Origin: an uncultured Myxococcales bacterium
GTDB taxonomy: Bacteria; Myxococcota; UBA4151
DNA: 43,105 bases
Assembly: GCA_964013405.1 (NCBI GenBank)
Contig: CAXGWI010000015.1
Span: 1-43,105 of the forward strand
Direction of reading: 5' to 3'
Below are positions 25,380-34,608 of the stretch, in pieces. Within the stretch, counting starts at the first letter, position 1; each line of letters opens with the position of its first letter. Made by a program: the position numbers and the translations under genes. Below the pieces are notes generated by a model. That model made no database searches. It had not been told where the DNA came from and saw only the letters and a program-made list of their open reading frames with translations.

Positions 25380-26464
25380 GACCTCTGGTTCTTGCGATGC
25401 TCATGACGGTGGTCGCTTGCCCTGGTGGTGGCGACAACCCGGCCGATGCGGGCGCTTCGATCGATGCGAGCCGGCCGGATCTTGGCCCGCCGCCTTTTGA
25501 TGCGGGCTTTGCTGGTACTCTTGGTAGCTTGTGCAGCCAAACAGCGGACTGCCTCGACCATCGACAGCGCTGTTATGTGGGGACGGCGAACGGTAGTTTT
25601 CCCCGTTGCACCGTTGACTGCAACGACCTGGAGGACTGCATCGACTTCGCCCAGGGCGCGAGCATCTCCCTCGACGATACGGACTGTGCTCGGCCGGCCA
25701 ACTCTTCTGGTAGCCGTCGATTCTGCGTCCAGAGTCCAGGGCGGGGCGGTGGAACCGAGCCGGATGCGGGGGTTTCCGATGGCGGAGAAGGCCTCGATGC
25801 GGCCGGCGATGTGGGGCCCTTGGATGCGGGACCTCAGCCCGATCTGGGGCCTGGTCAGGTCCCGGGGACCTACTGCACTCGCGCCGATCACTGTCGTGGC
25901 CAACGGTGCTTGGCCGGGGAGACCGGCGACCCCCGCTGTGCGGCATCCTGTGAGCAGGCTGTTGACTGCGTCGACTGGGCCACCATCGCCCAACTGGACA
26001 TGGACCGTGTCGGCTGCCTTGAGCATGAGACCGGGCGCTACTGTGGTGAGGTACGCCGGGTCCCCTCGGTGGGCTGGAATGCCGACCTCGTGACTCGGCT
26101 TCACGGTGTATCTGGTCGTGTCCGCATTGATGAAGGACCGGCTTTGACCTTTCGGCGTTTTCATTACGATGGCTCTGCTCATGGTTTAGACGTCGTTCTT
26201 GCCCTGAGTTTGGGTGACCCCGAAATCGCGGCGGCGGAGGGGCGTCTGATCGTCGTCAAAGGGAGGATGACCTGTCGTATTCAGGGTTGTCCGGACGATC
26301 ATCCTTGTCTCCCGAATGGGAATTGTAATGGGGCTCAGTTTACCGTTCCCATGCCCGAAGGGGTTCAGTTCCAAGATTTTGATCATGTCACGGTCTTCGA
26401 CCGGGCCGCTGGAGCGAACGGGACGGCCTTTGCCACCGGTGAGTTCCAGCCGTCACAACCCTAG
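25376..26464 (+). CDS. Lipoprotein with two Cys-rich modules and a C-terminal DM13-like domain
   Basis: Lipobox VVAC. Duplicated 8-Cys module. HGVSGRVRI...FHYDG...VPMPEG...DHVTVF resembles DM13. Confidence 0.7.
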   Translation: MRPLVLAMLMTVVACPGGGDNPADAGASIDASRPDLGPPPFDAGFAGTLGSLCSQTADCLDHRQRCYVGTANGSFPRCTVDCNDLEDCIDFAQGASISLDDTDCARPANSSGSRRFCVQSPGRGGGTEPDAGVSDGGEGLDAAGDVGPLDAGPQPDLGPGQVPGTYCTRADHCRGQRCLAGETGDPRCAASCEQAVDCVDWATIAQLDMDRVGCLEHETGRYCGEVRRVPSVGWNADLVTRLHGVSGRVRIDEGPALTFRRFHYDGSAHGLDVVLALSLGDPEIAAAEGRLIVVKGRMTCRIQGCPDDHPCLPNGNCNGAQFTVPMPEGVQFQDFDHVTVFDRAAGANGTAFATGEFQPSQP

Positions 26465-26474
26465 GAGCCTGCTG

Positions 26475-26975
26475 ATGCGTTGGATGCTGTTCCTGTTTGC
26501 TGGAAGTCTTGGCTGTGCTCACGGCGGCGACCTCGTGAGCCAGCCCCCTGGAACCGAGAAGACGGAGGTGGTGGCTGAGAAGATTGGGCCGACACCGACC
26601 GCTGAGGAGGTGGAAGCCACCAGCCTGCTCGACATCAGAAGCCAGCTTCGACTGGCGATGCCGACGATCCAGAGTTGCTACGAGGGCTTCCTGACACCCG
26701 AATCGCATCCGGCCGTCGAACTAGAGCTCGTCCTCTTGGCCGATAAGGAGGGGATCGTTCATGGTTTGAGAGTGGAGCGGATCGAGCCGGATATTCCGGG
26801 CCTTGTCGCCTGTTTCACGCCCCGCCTCATCAAGGTCCGCCTGCCGCCTAGCGACGAGCCTCAAGAACTGGCCTTCCCCGTGAAGTTGACGCCGACGGCT
26901 GGTTTGGGGGCGACTCCTTCCATCAACACGATGGAAGCACCCCCTAACCAGGGGCCACCCGAGGGCAGTCCCTAA
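26475..26975 (+). CDS. Lipoprotein with AgmX/PglI C-terminal (TonB_C-like) domain
   Basis: Signal ending SLGC, and IQSCYE...DKEGIV...LVACF...RLPP...LAFPVKL pattern. Confidence 0.65.
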   Translation: MRWMLFLFAGSLGCAHGGDLVSQPPGTEKTEVVAEKIGPTPTAEEVEATSLLDIRSQLRLAMPTIQSCYEGFLTPESHPAVELELVLLADKEGIVHGLRVERIEPDIPGLVACFTPRLIKVRLPPSDEPQELAFPVKLTPTAGLGATPSINTMEAPPNQGPPEGSP

Positions 26976-27400
26976 CTCTCTGCAGGAAAGTCGGCTTCGG
27001 GCGATTCCCCGAGCCATTGTGCAGCCTGACGTTCGGCCGCAAGGTCCCGACGCCGGCCCCGGAGGCAGATGTCCACATCGCGAAAGGCATGGGCCACAAA
27101 GCGGGCCTGGGGCCGCAACATGCGACCAGAGGCGAAGAACTCACTAAGATAGGCGTCGAAAAAGTCGACGAGCAGGAACAAGGCATCGTCTTGATCTTGC
27201 GGGACCTTCGTTTCAATGAGCGATTGCCAAACCCAGCGTTGGGTCTCATCGGCTCGGTCGAGCCGGAGGGTAAGGCGGACATGATCCTCGTGGCGCTCGT
27301 GGTCGGCCTGGAACACTTCGTCCTCAAGAAAGCCTGCGTAGCGGCTGCTCAGCGTCGCTGCGAAGAGGCGCTCTGTTTCCTGATTGAAAGGATCACTCAT
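26972..27400 (-). CDS. Hypothetical protein
   Basis: 142-aa ORF coupled to pyrE (TGATG overlap at 27400). Confidence 0.7.
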   Translation of the reverse strand: MSDPFNQETERLFAATLSSRYAGFLEDEVFQADHERHEDHVRLTLRLDRADETQRWVWQSLIETKVPQDQDDALFLLVDFFDAYLSEFFASGRMLRPQARFVAHAFRDVDICLRGRRRDLAAERQAAQWLGESPEADFPAES

Positions 27401-27963
27401 CAGGGAAAATGACTCCGCTTAAACACGGACCGTACCTCAAGGCCCGTTTGGTCCTCGAGGGCTTCACAGCCCCCTTCTTCCCGGTCGACGAGGACGAAGA
27501 CGGCCTTCGGAAGATGGCCTGCGTCGAGCAAGCGGTCGATGGCAGCGACGGCCGATTGACCACTGGTGACAACATCCTCGACCACGACGACTGAAAGGTG
27601 TTCGTCGAGGGCGGCATCGCCTTCGACACCCTTGTTTGCGCCATGGTCTTTGGCTGACTTGCGGACGTAAAGGGCTGGCAGCTCGCGGCCCCGCTGCGCT
27701 GCGGTGAGACTGATCGCACTGGCAAGGGGGCAGCCACCCAACGCTGCGCCCGCAACGGCATCGAAGGGCCGCCCGCGTTCCGCTTCTTCCGCCTCGATGG
27801 CTGCGAGCATCGTTTCTCCCACCAGCAGGTGTCCCCGGCCCGACAGGGTGCTCTGGCGACAGTCGATATAAAAATCACTGGTCCGCCCGGAGGATAAGGT
27901 CACTTTTCTTCGCTCGAAGCTGCGTTCAACGAGGAGGTCTAAGAGTTCTTTTTTAGCGCTCAT
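27400..27963 (-). CDS. pyrE: Orotate phosphoribosyltransferase
   Basis: LSSGRTSDFYIDCR, VRKSAKDHG, PRPP loop VVEDVVTSG. Confidence 0.95.
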   Translation of the reverse strand: MSAKKELLDLLVERSFERRKVTLSSGRTSDFYIDCRQSTLSGRGHLLVGETMLAAIEAEEAERGRPFDAVAGAALGGCPLASAISLTAAQRGRELPALYVRKSAKDHGANKGVEGDAALDEHLSVVVVEDVVTSGQSAVAAIDRLLDAGHLPKAVFVLVDREEGGCEALEDQTGLEVRSVFKRSHFP

Positions 27964-28492
27964 CGCTCTCTCCAGGAGTAAGGGTCATATGGCTTAGGTC
28001 GGGTGCTTTTGGCGGACGACGAGGAGCCCTGCGGGGACGACGCGTTACCTGTTCTGGTTGGGAGGCATCAGCATCGCTCTCGCCTGTTGAGGGCCTTGGG
28101 CGATGGCCTTCGGCAGGCCTAGAGGCAGTTCGCGGAACCCATGAGGGGGCGGGGGCGACCCGTGGATCGTGTCCAGGGAGGGCTTCCGGTGGGCGGGAGT
28201 CAAGTCGGCCGTGGATGGTGCAGCCATCAGCGAGGCTAATGGCCGGCGCCTGAATTCCGCCAAGGGCTTGGCCTTCATGGGCGACCTGGACCCGGGCCGC
28301 TCGAATGGGACCTTCGACCGTCCCAGAAACATGCACATCATCGGCCGTGACACCGCCTTCGATATGGCCGCCGGGTAAGATGTGAACGATCTGCCCGAGT
28401 ACCTGTCCTTGGACTCGACCGGCCACCTCAAGATGCAGCCCTTCTAGGGAGCCCTGAATGGTGGTCTGGGCGTCGACGAATGTGCGATCCAA
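27953..28492 (-). CDS. Bactofilin (polymer-forming cytoskeletal protein) with Pro/Arg-rich tail
   Basis: TTIQGSL...LEVAGRVQGQV...IEGGVTADDVHVSGTVEGPIRA...GGIQAPAISLADGCTIHGRL. Likely TTG start at 28492 after GAGG. Confidence 0.82.
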   Translation of the reverse strand: MDRTFVDAQTTIQGSLEGLHLEVAGRVQGQVLGQIVHILPGGHIEGGVTADDVHVSGTVEGPIRAARVQVAHEGQALGGIQAPAISLADGCTIHGRLDSRPPEALPGHDPRVAPAPSWVPRTASRPAEGHRPRPSTGESDADASQPEQVTRRPRRAPRRPPKAPDLSHMTLTPGESDER

Positions 28493-28568
28493 AATGAGGT
28501 CCTCAAGTTCGAAGCAATTGATCCCGTTATCTGCTAGTTGCCACTCGTTGGCGTTCGGAGAAAGGCCT

Positions 28569-28916
28569 ATGCGATCTGTTTTCAAATGGACACTTGCTTT
28601 GGGGCTCTTCATCTCGGCCACGTCCGCCGTTGGCGCACCCCGTCTCGCCCAGTTGCCTAACGAGGCGAGGGAGGTTGAAGGCCAGACCAATCTGTATCTT
28701 TATCGCAGGGGCCAGGACTGGAAGCGCCTCGTGAAATGGGTCTACCGGAATTATGGCAAGCAAAGCCGTATCGACCCGGTGAGTTTCGCTGGTGGGATTC
28801 CCCTGCTGACAGTCGAGTCCAAGAACCCGAAGTTCAAGTGGACCCATGTCCATTTCTTCAAGGTTCGAAACAAGATCTTCATCTCCGTGGTTCCCAAGGA
28901 ACCCAAGGACAGCTAA
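28569..28916 (+). CDS. Small exported hypothetical protein
   Basis: Sec-type signal (MRSVFKWTLALGLFISATSAVGA) and a basic mature region. Confidence 0.7.
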   Translation: MRSVFKWTLALGLFISATSAVGAPRLAQLPNEAREVEGQTNLYLYRRGQDWKRLVKWVYRNYGKQSRIDPVSFAGGIPLLTVESKNPKFKWTHVHFFKVRNKIFISVVPKEPKDS

Positions 28917-28949
28917 CAGCCCACCGCTCAAGGCAAAGGGGAGGCGGCA

Positions 28950-29843
28950 GTGCTGCAGCCGGAGACGTATTTTCAGGATTTGGTGCTGGCGCTCCAGGCC
29001 TTCTGGGCGGAGCGCGGCTGTATGATCGGCCAGCCCACCGACTTAGAAGTCGGCGCCGGTACGTTCTCGAAGCATACCTTTCTGCGCTCTCTGGGGCCTG
29101 AGCCCTGGAACACCGCCTACGTCGAGCCATGCCGCCGACCCACTGACGGCCGCTACGGGGAGAACCCCAATCGATTACAGCACTATTATCAGTTTCAAGT
29201 GCTGATGAAGCCTGCACCCATCGACGTCCAGGCAACCTACCTCGAGATGATGGAGGCCATTGGGATCGATCCTGAGTTGCACGACATTCGCTTTGTCGAA
29301 GACGACTGGGAATCCCCCACTCTTGGTGCTTGGGGGCTGGGCTGGGAGGTCTGGCTCAACGGCATGGAGATGACCCAGTTCACCTATTTTCAACAGGTGG
29401 GCGGTTTCGATCTTAATCCGGTCAGTGTGGAACTCACCCTCGGTATTGAGCGCATTGCGATGTACTTACAGGGCGTCGACTCGGTCTATGACCTCATGTG
29501 GTCCCCAGGGCTCACCTATGGCGATGTCCACCACCGGGATGAGGTCGAGTACTCCAAATACAATTTTGAGACGGCCGACGTGGAGCTCCAACGGGACCTT
29601 TTCAATCGCTTTGAAGCAGAGTGCAGCGCCTGTTTGGAGCAGTCCTTGGTGATTCCAGCCTATGACTACACCTTGAAGTGCAGTCATGCCTTCAACATGC
29701 TCGATGCCCGGGGCGCCATCTCCGTGACCGAGCGTCAAGGCTACATCGGTCGGGTGCGCAAGCTGGCTCGCCAAGTGGCCGTGGCCTGGGTGGAAGAACG
29801 GGAACGACTGGGTCACCCCCTGGTGAAGGGGGAGGGACCATGA
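28950..29843 (+). CDS. glyQ: Glycine--tRNA ligase alpha subunit
   Basis: [56 protein letters not shown] start after GGAGG. Confidence 0.97.
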   Translation: MLQPETYFQDLVLALQAFWAERGCMIGQPTDLEVGAGTFSKHTFLRSLGPEPWNTAYVEPCRRPTDGRYGENPNRLQHYYQFQVLMKPAPIDVQATYLEMMEAIGIDPELHDIRFVEDDWESPTLGAWGLGWEVWLNGMEMTQFTYFQQVGGFDLNPVSVELTLGIERIAMYLQGVDSVYDLMWSPGLTYGDVHHRDEVEYSKYNFETADVELQRDLFNRFEAECSACLEQSLVIPAYDYTLKCSHAFNMLDARGAISVTERQGYIGRVRKLARQVAVAWVEERERLGHPLVKGEGP

Positions 29844-31891
29844 GTCGGACGCTACTCATCGAGCTCGGTTGTGAAGAACTGCCAGCCCGGTTCGTTCGTC
29901 CGGGCCTACAGTCACTCAAAGGGGTCGTGGAGGACCTTCTTGCGGAAGCTCGGATCCCCTTTGGCGAGGCCCGGGTCTACGGCACCCCTCGGCGCCTTGC
30001 CGTCGTCGTCGCCGATGTGGGGAGCGCTGGCGAAGACCTCGAGGAGGTGGTGAAAGGACCGCCGGCCCGTATCGCCTTCGATGAAGCCGGTGAGCCGACG
30101 CAGGCAGCAGCAGGCTTCGCACGGAAAAATGGGGTGGAGACCAAGGACCTCTTTCGTTTGGAGACAGACAAGGGCGACTACGTCGCGACTCGGATCCAGC
30201 AACAGGGGCGGCCTTTGGCGGAGGTGGTGGCGACGCTTGGCGAGCGAATTGAGAAGATCCCATTTCCGAAGCGGATGCGCTGGGGCTACGATGTAGGACC
30301 CTTCGCCCGTCCCGTTCACTGGTTCGTGAGTCTCCACGGCGAGGAGGCGCTTCCCTTCCAAGCCTTTGGGGTGGCTTCTGGTCGCCACAGCCAGGGCCAT
30401 CGCGTCCATGGTAAAGCAGGGGCAGAGATCGCCTCAGCCGATGCGTACACCGCGTCCCTCCGGGCCGTTGCGGTGGAGCCTGATCGAGATGTTCGCCGGG
30501 AGCGAATCCTGGTGGATGCAAAAGCGTTGGCCCAGTCGGCGGGCGGCCAGCTGGTCGAAGATCCCGAGTTGATTGAGACGCTGGTCGATTTGACTGAGCA
30601 CCCGATGCCGGTCTTGGGCCGGTTCGACGCTGGCTACCTGGAACTCCCCCGGTCGCTGCTGATCTCCGAAATGCGAGAACACCAGAAATATCTGGCTGTC
30701 GAGGACGATCAGGGCCAGCTACTCAACGCCTTCATCGCGGTCAGCAATACGGCGTCTCGAGAGCCACAGGTGGTCGCTGAAGGCAACGAACTCGTCCTGA
30801 AAGCCCGCTTTGAGGATGCCCGCTTCTATTTCGAAGAAGATGCAAAGACATTGCTCATCGAACAGGCCGAGCGCCTGGAGGACGTCCTGTGGGAGCGGCG
30901 TCTCGGCTCCCTCGCTCTAAAGACGGAGCGGGTCGGCGGTCTGGCCTTATGGCTGGCCCAGGAGTCGGGTCTTAGGGTCGATGCCGATCAATTGGCTCGG
31001 GCCGCTCGTTTGTCCCGGGCCGATCTGGTGACGGGGGTGGTGGGCGAGTTTCCTGAACTCCAAGGGGAGATCGGTGCACTCTACGCCCAGCGGGACGGTG
31101 AGGCCCCGGAGGTTGCTGCAGCGCTCGAAGCCTATTATCGCCCCCGGTTCTCGGGGGATGAGTTGCCGGAAGGTCGCCTCGGTCGTCTGTTAGCGGTGGC
31201 CGATCGAGCCGACAGCCTGGTGGGCATTATCGGTATCGGCAAGGAGCCTACGGGGGCGGCCGATCCTTTCGCCCTTCGAAGGGCAGCGATCGGCATCTGT
31301 CGGCTTCTCGACGAGGTGTACGTGAAGGTCAGCTTGGCCGCACTCTATGGGGCGGCAACTGCTCAGTATCCGGAGGGGCAACTGGCCGAGGACGCCGTCG
31401 AAACAGCGGTCCAGTTCACCCTGACTCGGCTACGGGGCCAACTCAAGGAAGCGGGGCACCCGACCGCCCGGATCGATGCCGTCCTTGCGGCCGGTGGTGA
31501 CTGTCCTGGGGCCTTGAGTGGGCGGGTCCGTGCTCTTGCGAGTGCCGACCTGAGTGACTTGTCCGCCGCGTACAAGCGGGCAGGCAACCTGCTCAAGAAG
31601 GCCGATGCCGCGGATTTGGCCGCGACTGTTGGCAGCGGCTCGACGCCGTCTGAGCAGCAACTTCAGGGGGCTGTAGACGAGATCCAGGAAGCTCTTGCGG
31701 TGGCTCGAGCAGCGCAGGATTGGGTCCAGTGCTTGGCACTGGTCTCCACCTTGAGGGCCCCATTGGACCGCTTCTTCGATGAGGTGATGGTGATGAGCGA
31801 AGACGCGGTCGAGCGTCAGCAGCGTCTTCAATTATTGGCCCGAGTTCGAGGCTGCTTTCTTCATCTCGTCGATCCGTCCAAGCTCGCCTGA
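29840..31891 (+). CDS. glyS: Glycine--tRNA ligase beta subunit
   Basis: [47 protein letters not shown] overlap with glyQ. Confidence 0.96.
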   Translation: MSRTLLIELGCEELPARFVRPGLQSLKGVVEDLLAEARIPFGEARVYGTPRRLAVVVADVGSAGEDLEEVVKGPPARIAFDEAGEPTQAAAGFARKNGVETKDLFRLETDKGDYVATRIQQQGRPLAEVVATLGERIEKIPFPKRMRWGYDVGPFARPVHWFVSLHGEEALPFQAFGVASGRHSQGHRVHGKAGAEIASADAYTASLRAVAVEPDRDVRRERILVDAKALAQSAGGQLVEDPELIETLVDLTEHPMPVLGRFDAGYLELPRSLLISEMREHQKYLAVEDDQGQLLNAFIAVSNTASREPQVVAEGNELVLKARFEDARFYFEEDAKTLLIEQAERLEDVLWERRLGSLALKTERVGGLALWLAQESGLRVDADQLARAARLSRADLVTGVVGEFPELQGEIGALYAQRDGEAPEVAAALEAYYRPRFSGDELPEGRLGRLLAVADRADSLVGIIGIGKEPTGAADPFALRRAAIGICRLLDEVYVKVSLAALYGAATAQYPEGQLAEDAVETAVQFTLTRLRGQLKEAGHPTARIDAVLAAGGDCPGALSGRVRALASADLSDLSAAYKRAGNLLKKADAADLAATVGSGSTPSEQQLQGAVDEIQEALAVARAAQDWVQCLALVSTLRAPLDRFFDEVMVMSEDAVERQQRLQLLARVRGCFLHLVDPSKLA

Positions 31892-31905
31892 GCGATGGGC
31901 TTAGA

Positions 31906-34608
31906 CTAGAAGCCGCCGCCGCCAGCTGCTTGGTGCGCACCACCCACGTTCCTGCACATGGGTACCTCGAGACCGACCGGATTCATGGATCCTAGGCCCT
32001 GAACACCGGTGATGTTCATGTCGCCAGCGCGGTTCTGTACGACCACATTTTGTTCCATACCTATCTCTTGGTGGCTCGGGTGGCCCGATAACTCGTTGCC
32101 CTCGATGTGCACGGTGACGGTCCCGGCCAGGTGGGGGGCATTGTCATAGCTGCCCCATTCGGCGTGATCGACCGCGAGGCCGCCCACGTGGTTGTCACTG
32201 ATGGTGTTGTGACTGACATTGAGGGAAACCACGTCGAGGGCGGCCACCCCATAGCCAAAGAGCACCAGTTCCGGGGACCCATTGACCATATCCACGAATC
32301 CGGCCTGCCGGGTCCGACTGAGGTTGTTGGACTGGATATTGATCGGTGCTGTGGAAGCCCAAGCATAAATGCCGGCCCCCCGGGACCCGGTGATCGTGTT
32401 GGCCTCGACAGCAACATCGGTATGGGACCGCAAATCATAGAGAAGGACCCCCCGCCCCAGCACATCGGAGATCTCATTGTTGCTGACAGACCATTCCCCG
32501 GTCGTCGACTCCCCGCGCAGGGAGATACCCGTTCGTTGCCCGCTTTGGATTTCATTGCCCTCGATTTGGCCGCTGCCATCGACCTGGCCGATATAGATCC
32601 CATCGTGTCCAATGGGGCCGAGCATCGTGTTGTTGTTCACAGCCAAGGAGCCTGAAATTCGCTGGGCGATGATACCGGTCCGAGCGGCCCGCCCGATCTC
32701 ATTGCCTTCGATGCTAACCCCGCCACCATCGGGAGCCACCGTTTTATAGACGCAAATCCCATCAAGGCCGATGGGGCCCAGGAAGCGGTTGTCGTGGATC
32801 TCCCAGGAACCGGTCGGGTAGAGGTCTGGATTGCTCCAACTGGTCCCAAGGTACATACCGTGCTGATAGGCTCGGCCCACCGTGTTGTTGACCACCCGGC
32901 CTGCGCCAATCCCGCCCAGAACGCTGATGCCGGCACCGGCAAAGGGGCCGCTGAGATCATTGTCGGTGATGCGGAGGTTGTGAGCCAGTTGGACGAGAAG
33001 AATACCGTCTCCCTCGCTAACATCGCCGATGGCGTTCGCACCGATGACGAGTTCAGGTGCAATATCAGGTGGGTCGGGTTGCTCCTGGTTGTAGATCAAA
33101 ATGCCCGCAGCACCAGTGGGGCCGACAATCCGGTTTTGGAAGACTCTGATGTTTTGGCCGACATCGCGCAAACGGATCGCATTTTCGCCGGTTTGTCCGA
33201 TGTGGTTGCGCAGGATGTCGAAACTTGATGTTTGCTCACAATTGATGGCTGCGATGCCATAACTGCCGACGGGCCCATCGATTCGGTTGCCCTCAAGGAT
33301 GATCGGCGCAGTCACACCATCGATCCCGATGCCCGAGTGGCCGACCCAGCCAATCGTGTTTCGGTACAGCCGCTGAGTTTCATCACCGCCGCGCCAGTAG
33401 AGAACGATGCTCGAGTGGGCAATGGGGCCGCTGATCTGGTTGAAGGCAATGTTGAGAGGACCGGCGCCGCCGGCGACCGTGACGGCCGAGCCACCGACTT
33501 GATCGAAGCGATTATGCTCGATGTTCACAGCCCCCTCTTGGTGTTCTTCGGCGTTCACGTAGAGGCCCAACTCACCGAGGGGGCCTGCGACTTCATTATT
33601 GGAAAACCGGAGATCGCCATCGATCGAACTCACCGTGACACCCCGGGAGGCAGAAGCACCCACATAGTTGTGGGTCATGGTCACATCCCCAGCGATATCA
33701 AGGATGTTAACAATCCAACCCCAGTTCGGTCCGCGAAAATCGCTCCCAGCGATGGTCACCGGTCCGGCTGATCCGACGACAGCAAAGCTGTTGATGTTGG
33801 TGCGACCGAAGCTCGTGCTCGAAAGATGAACGCCTCTCGCACCCACATCGTAAATCGTGATGCCAAGGGTATAGGTTGATTCGATCATCAGCTCGCTCAG
33901 CTCGATGCCACCGGCCCCAAAGACCGCCAGTGCGCCCTCACGGAAGCTATCAGGGCTGCGTTCGACCTCAGAACTCAGGTGGAGACCTGCAACGCGGAGG
34001 CGGGCCACATCGTCCACTTGCACTGCGATCTGATCACCACCGCTGAGATGGGTTTCGCTGGGACAGAGGCCCACCAGCGTCACGACACGGCCTGAGCCGC
34101 CGATGGCTAGGCCTTCCTCGAACGTGCCGGCACCGTAAAGCAGGGTGATATCTGCATCGGCTGCGACCCCATCGAGGGCAACCGTCGCGCTTGGCGCCGG
34201 TGATTCAGGGCTTTGCCCATCACCGCTACCACCAACGGCGATGTAGCGTTTCACAGCCTCCCGGGCAGCCCAGGGGTGATCGGTGGCGAAGGGGCCGGCG
34301 TGGCAGGCAGCGCGGGGGCCGACGACGGGCCGGCAGCGCTGGAAGAGGGGATCATAGGCGGAGTGCTCGTCGCATTCCGGTACCGGCGAGCTCTCCGGCC
34401 CCGTGTCGAAAGCTGGCTGGTCGACCCAAGGGTTCGGGTCACCGAGATCACTTGTTGGTCCCATCCAGCCCAGGGCCGGGGGGTTGCAGGCCCTTCCCCT
34501 GCAGTCCCCCTCAGCGCTACGAATCGGAAAGGCGTGGGGTTCCTTCGGGGGCGGGAGTTCAAAGCAGCCAACCAGAAGGAGCGCGGTGATGGGTATGAGG
34601 CGGTGCAT
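31906..34608 (-). CDS. Right-handed parallel beta-helix repeat lipoprotein
   Basis: MHRLIPITALLLVGC lipobox and many N-x-I/G-I coil repeats. TAATG coupling to the upstream gene. Confidence 0.85.
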   Translation of the reverse strand: MHRLIPITALLLVGCFELPPPKEPHAFPIRSAEGDCRGRACNPPALGWMGPTSDLGDPNPWVDQPAFDTGPESSPVPECDEHSAYDPLFQRCRPVVGPRAACHAGPFATDHPWAAREAVKRYIAVGGSGDGQSPESPAPSATVALDGVAADADITLLYGAGTFEEGLAIGGSGRVVTLVGLCPSETHLSGGDQIAVQVDDVARLRVAGLHLSSEVERSPDSFREGALAVFGAGGIELSELMIESTYTLGITIYDVGARGVHLSSTSFGRTNINSFAVVGSAGPVTIAGSDFRGPNWGWIVNILDIAGDVTMTHNYVGASASRGVTVSSIDGDLRFSNNEVAGPLGELGLYVNAEEHQEGAVNIEHNRFDQVGGSAVTVAGGAGPLNIAFNQISGPIAHSSIVLYWRGGDETQRLYRNTIGWVGHSGIGIDGVTAPIILEGNRIDGPVGSYGIAAINCEQTSSFDILRNHIGQTGENAIRLRDVGQNIRVFQNRIVGPTGAAGILIYNQEQPDPPDIAPELVIGANAIGDVSEGDGILLVQLAHNLRITDNDLSGPFAGAGISVLGGIGAGRVVNNTVGRAYQHGMYLGTSWSNPDLYPTGSWEIHDNRFLGPIGLDGICVYKTVAPDGGGVSIEGNEIGRAARTGIIAQRISGSLAVNNNTMLGPIGHDGIYIGQVDGSGQIEGNEIQSGQRTGISLRGESTTGEWSVSNNEISDVLGRGVLLYDLRSHTDVAVEANTITGSRGAGIYAWASTAPINIQSNNLSRTRQAGFVDMVNGSPELVLFGYGVAALDVVSLNVSHNTISDNHVGGLAVDHAEWGSYDNAPHLAGTVTVHIEGNELSGHPSHQEIGMEQNVVVQNRAGDMNITGVQGLGSMNPVGLEVPMCRNVGGAHQAAGGGGF

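Noticed and set aside
28493..28690. Extended N-terminus of the bactofilin ORF
   Set aside because: It overlaps the divergent signal-peptide gene starting at 28569. TTG 28492 with a GAGG RBS fits the domain start better.
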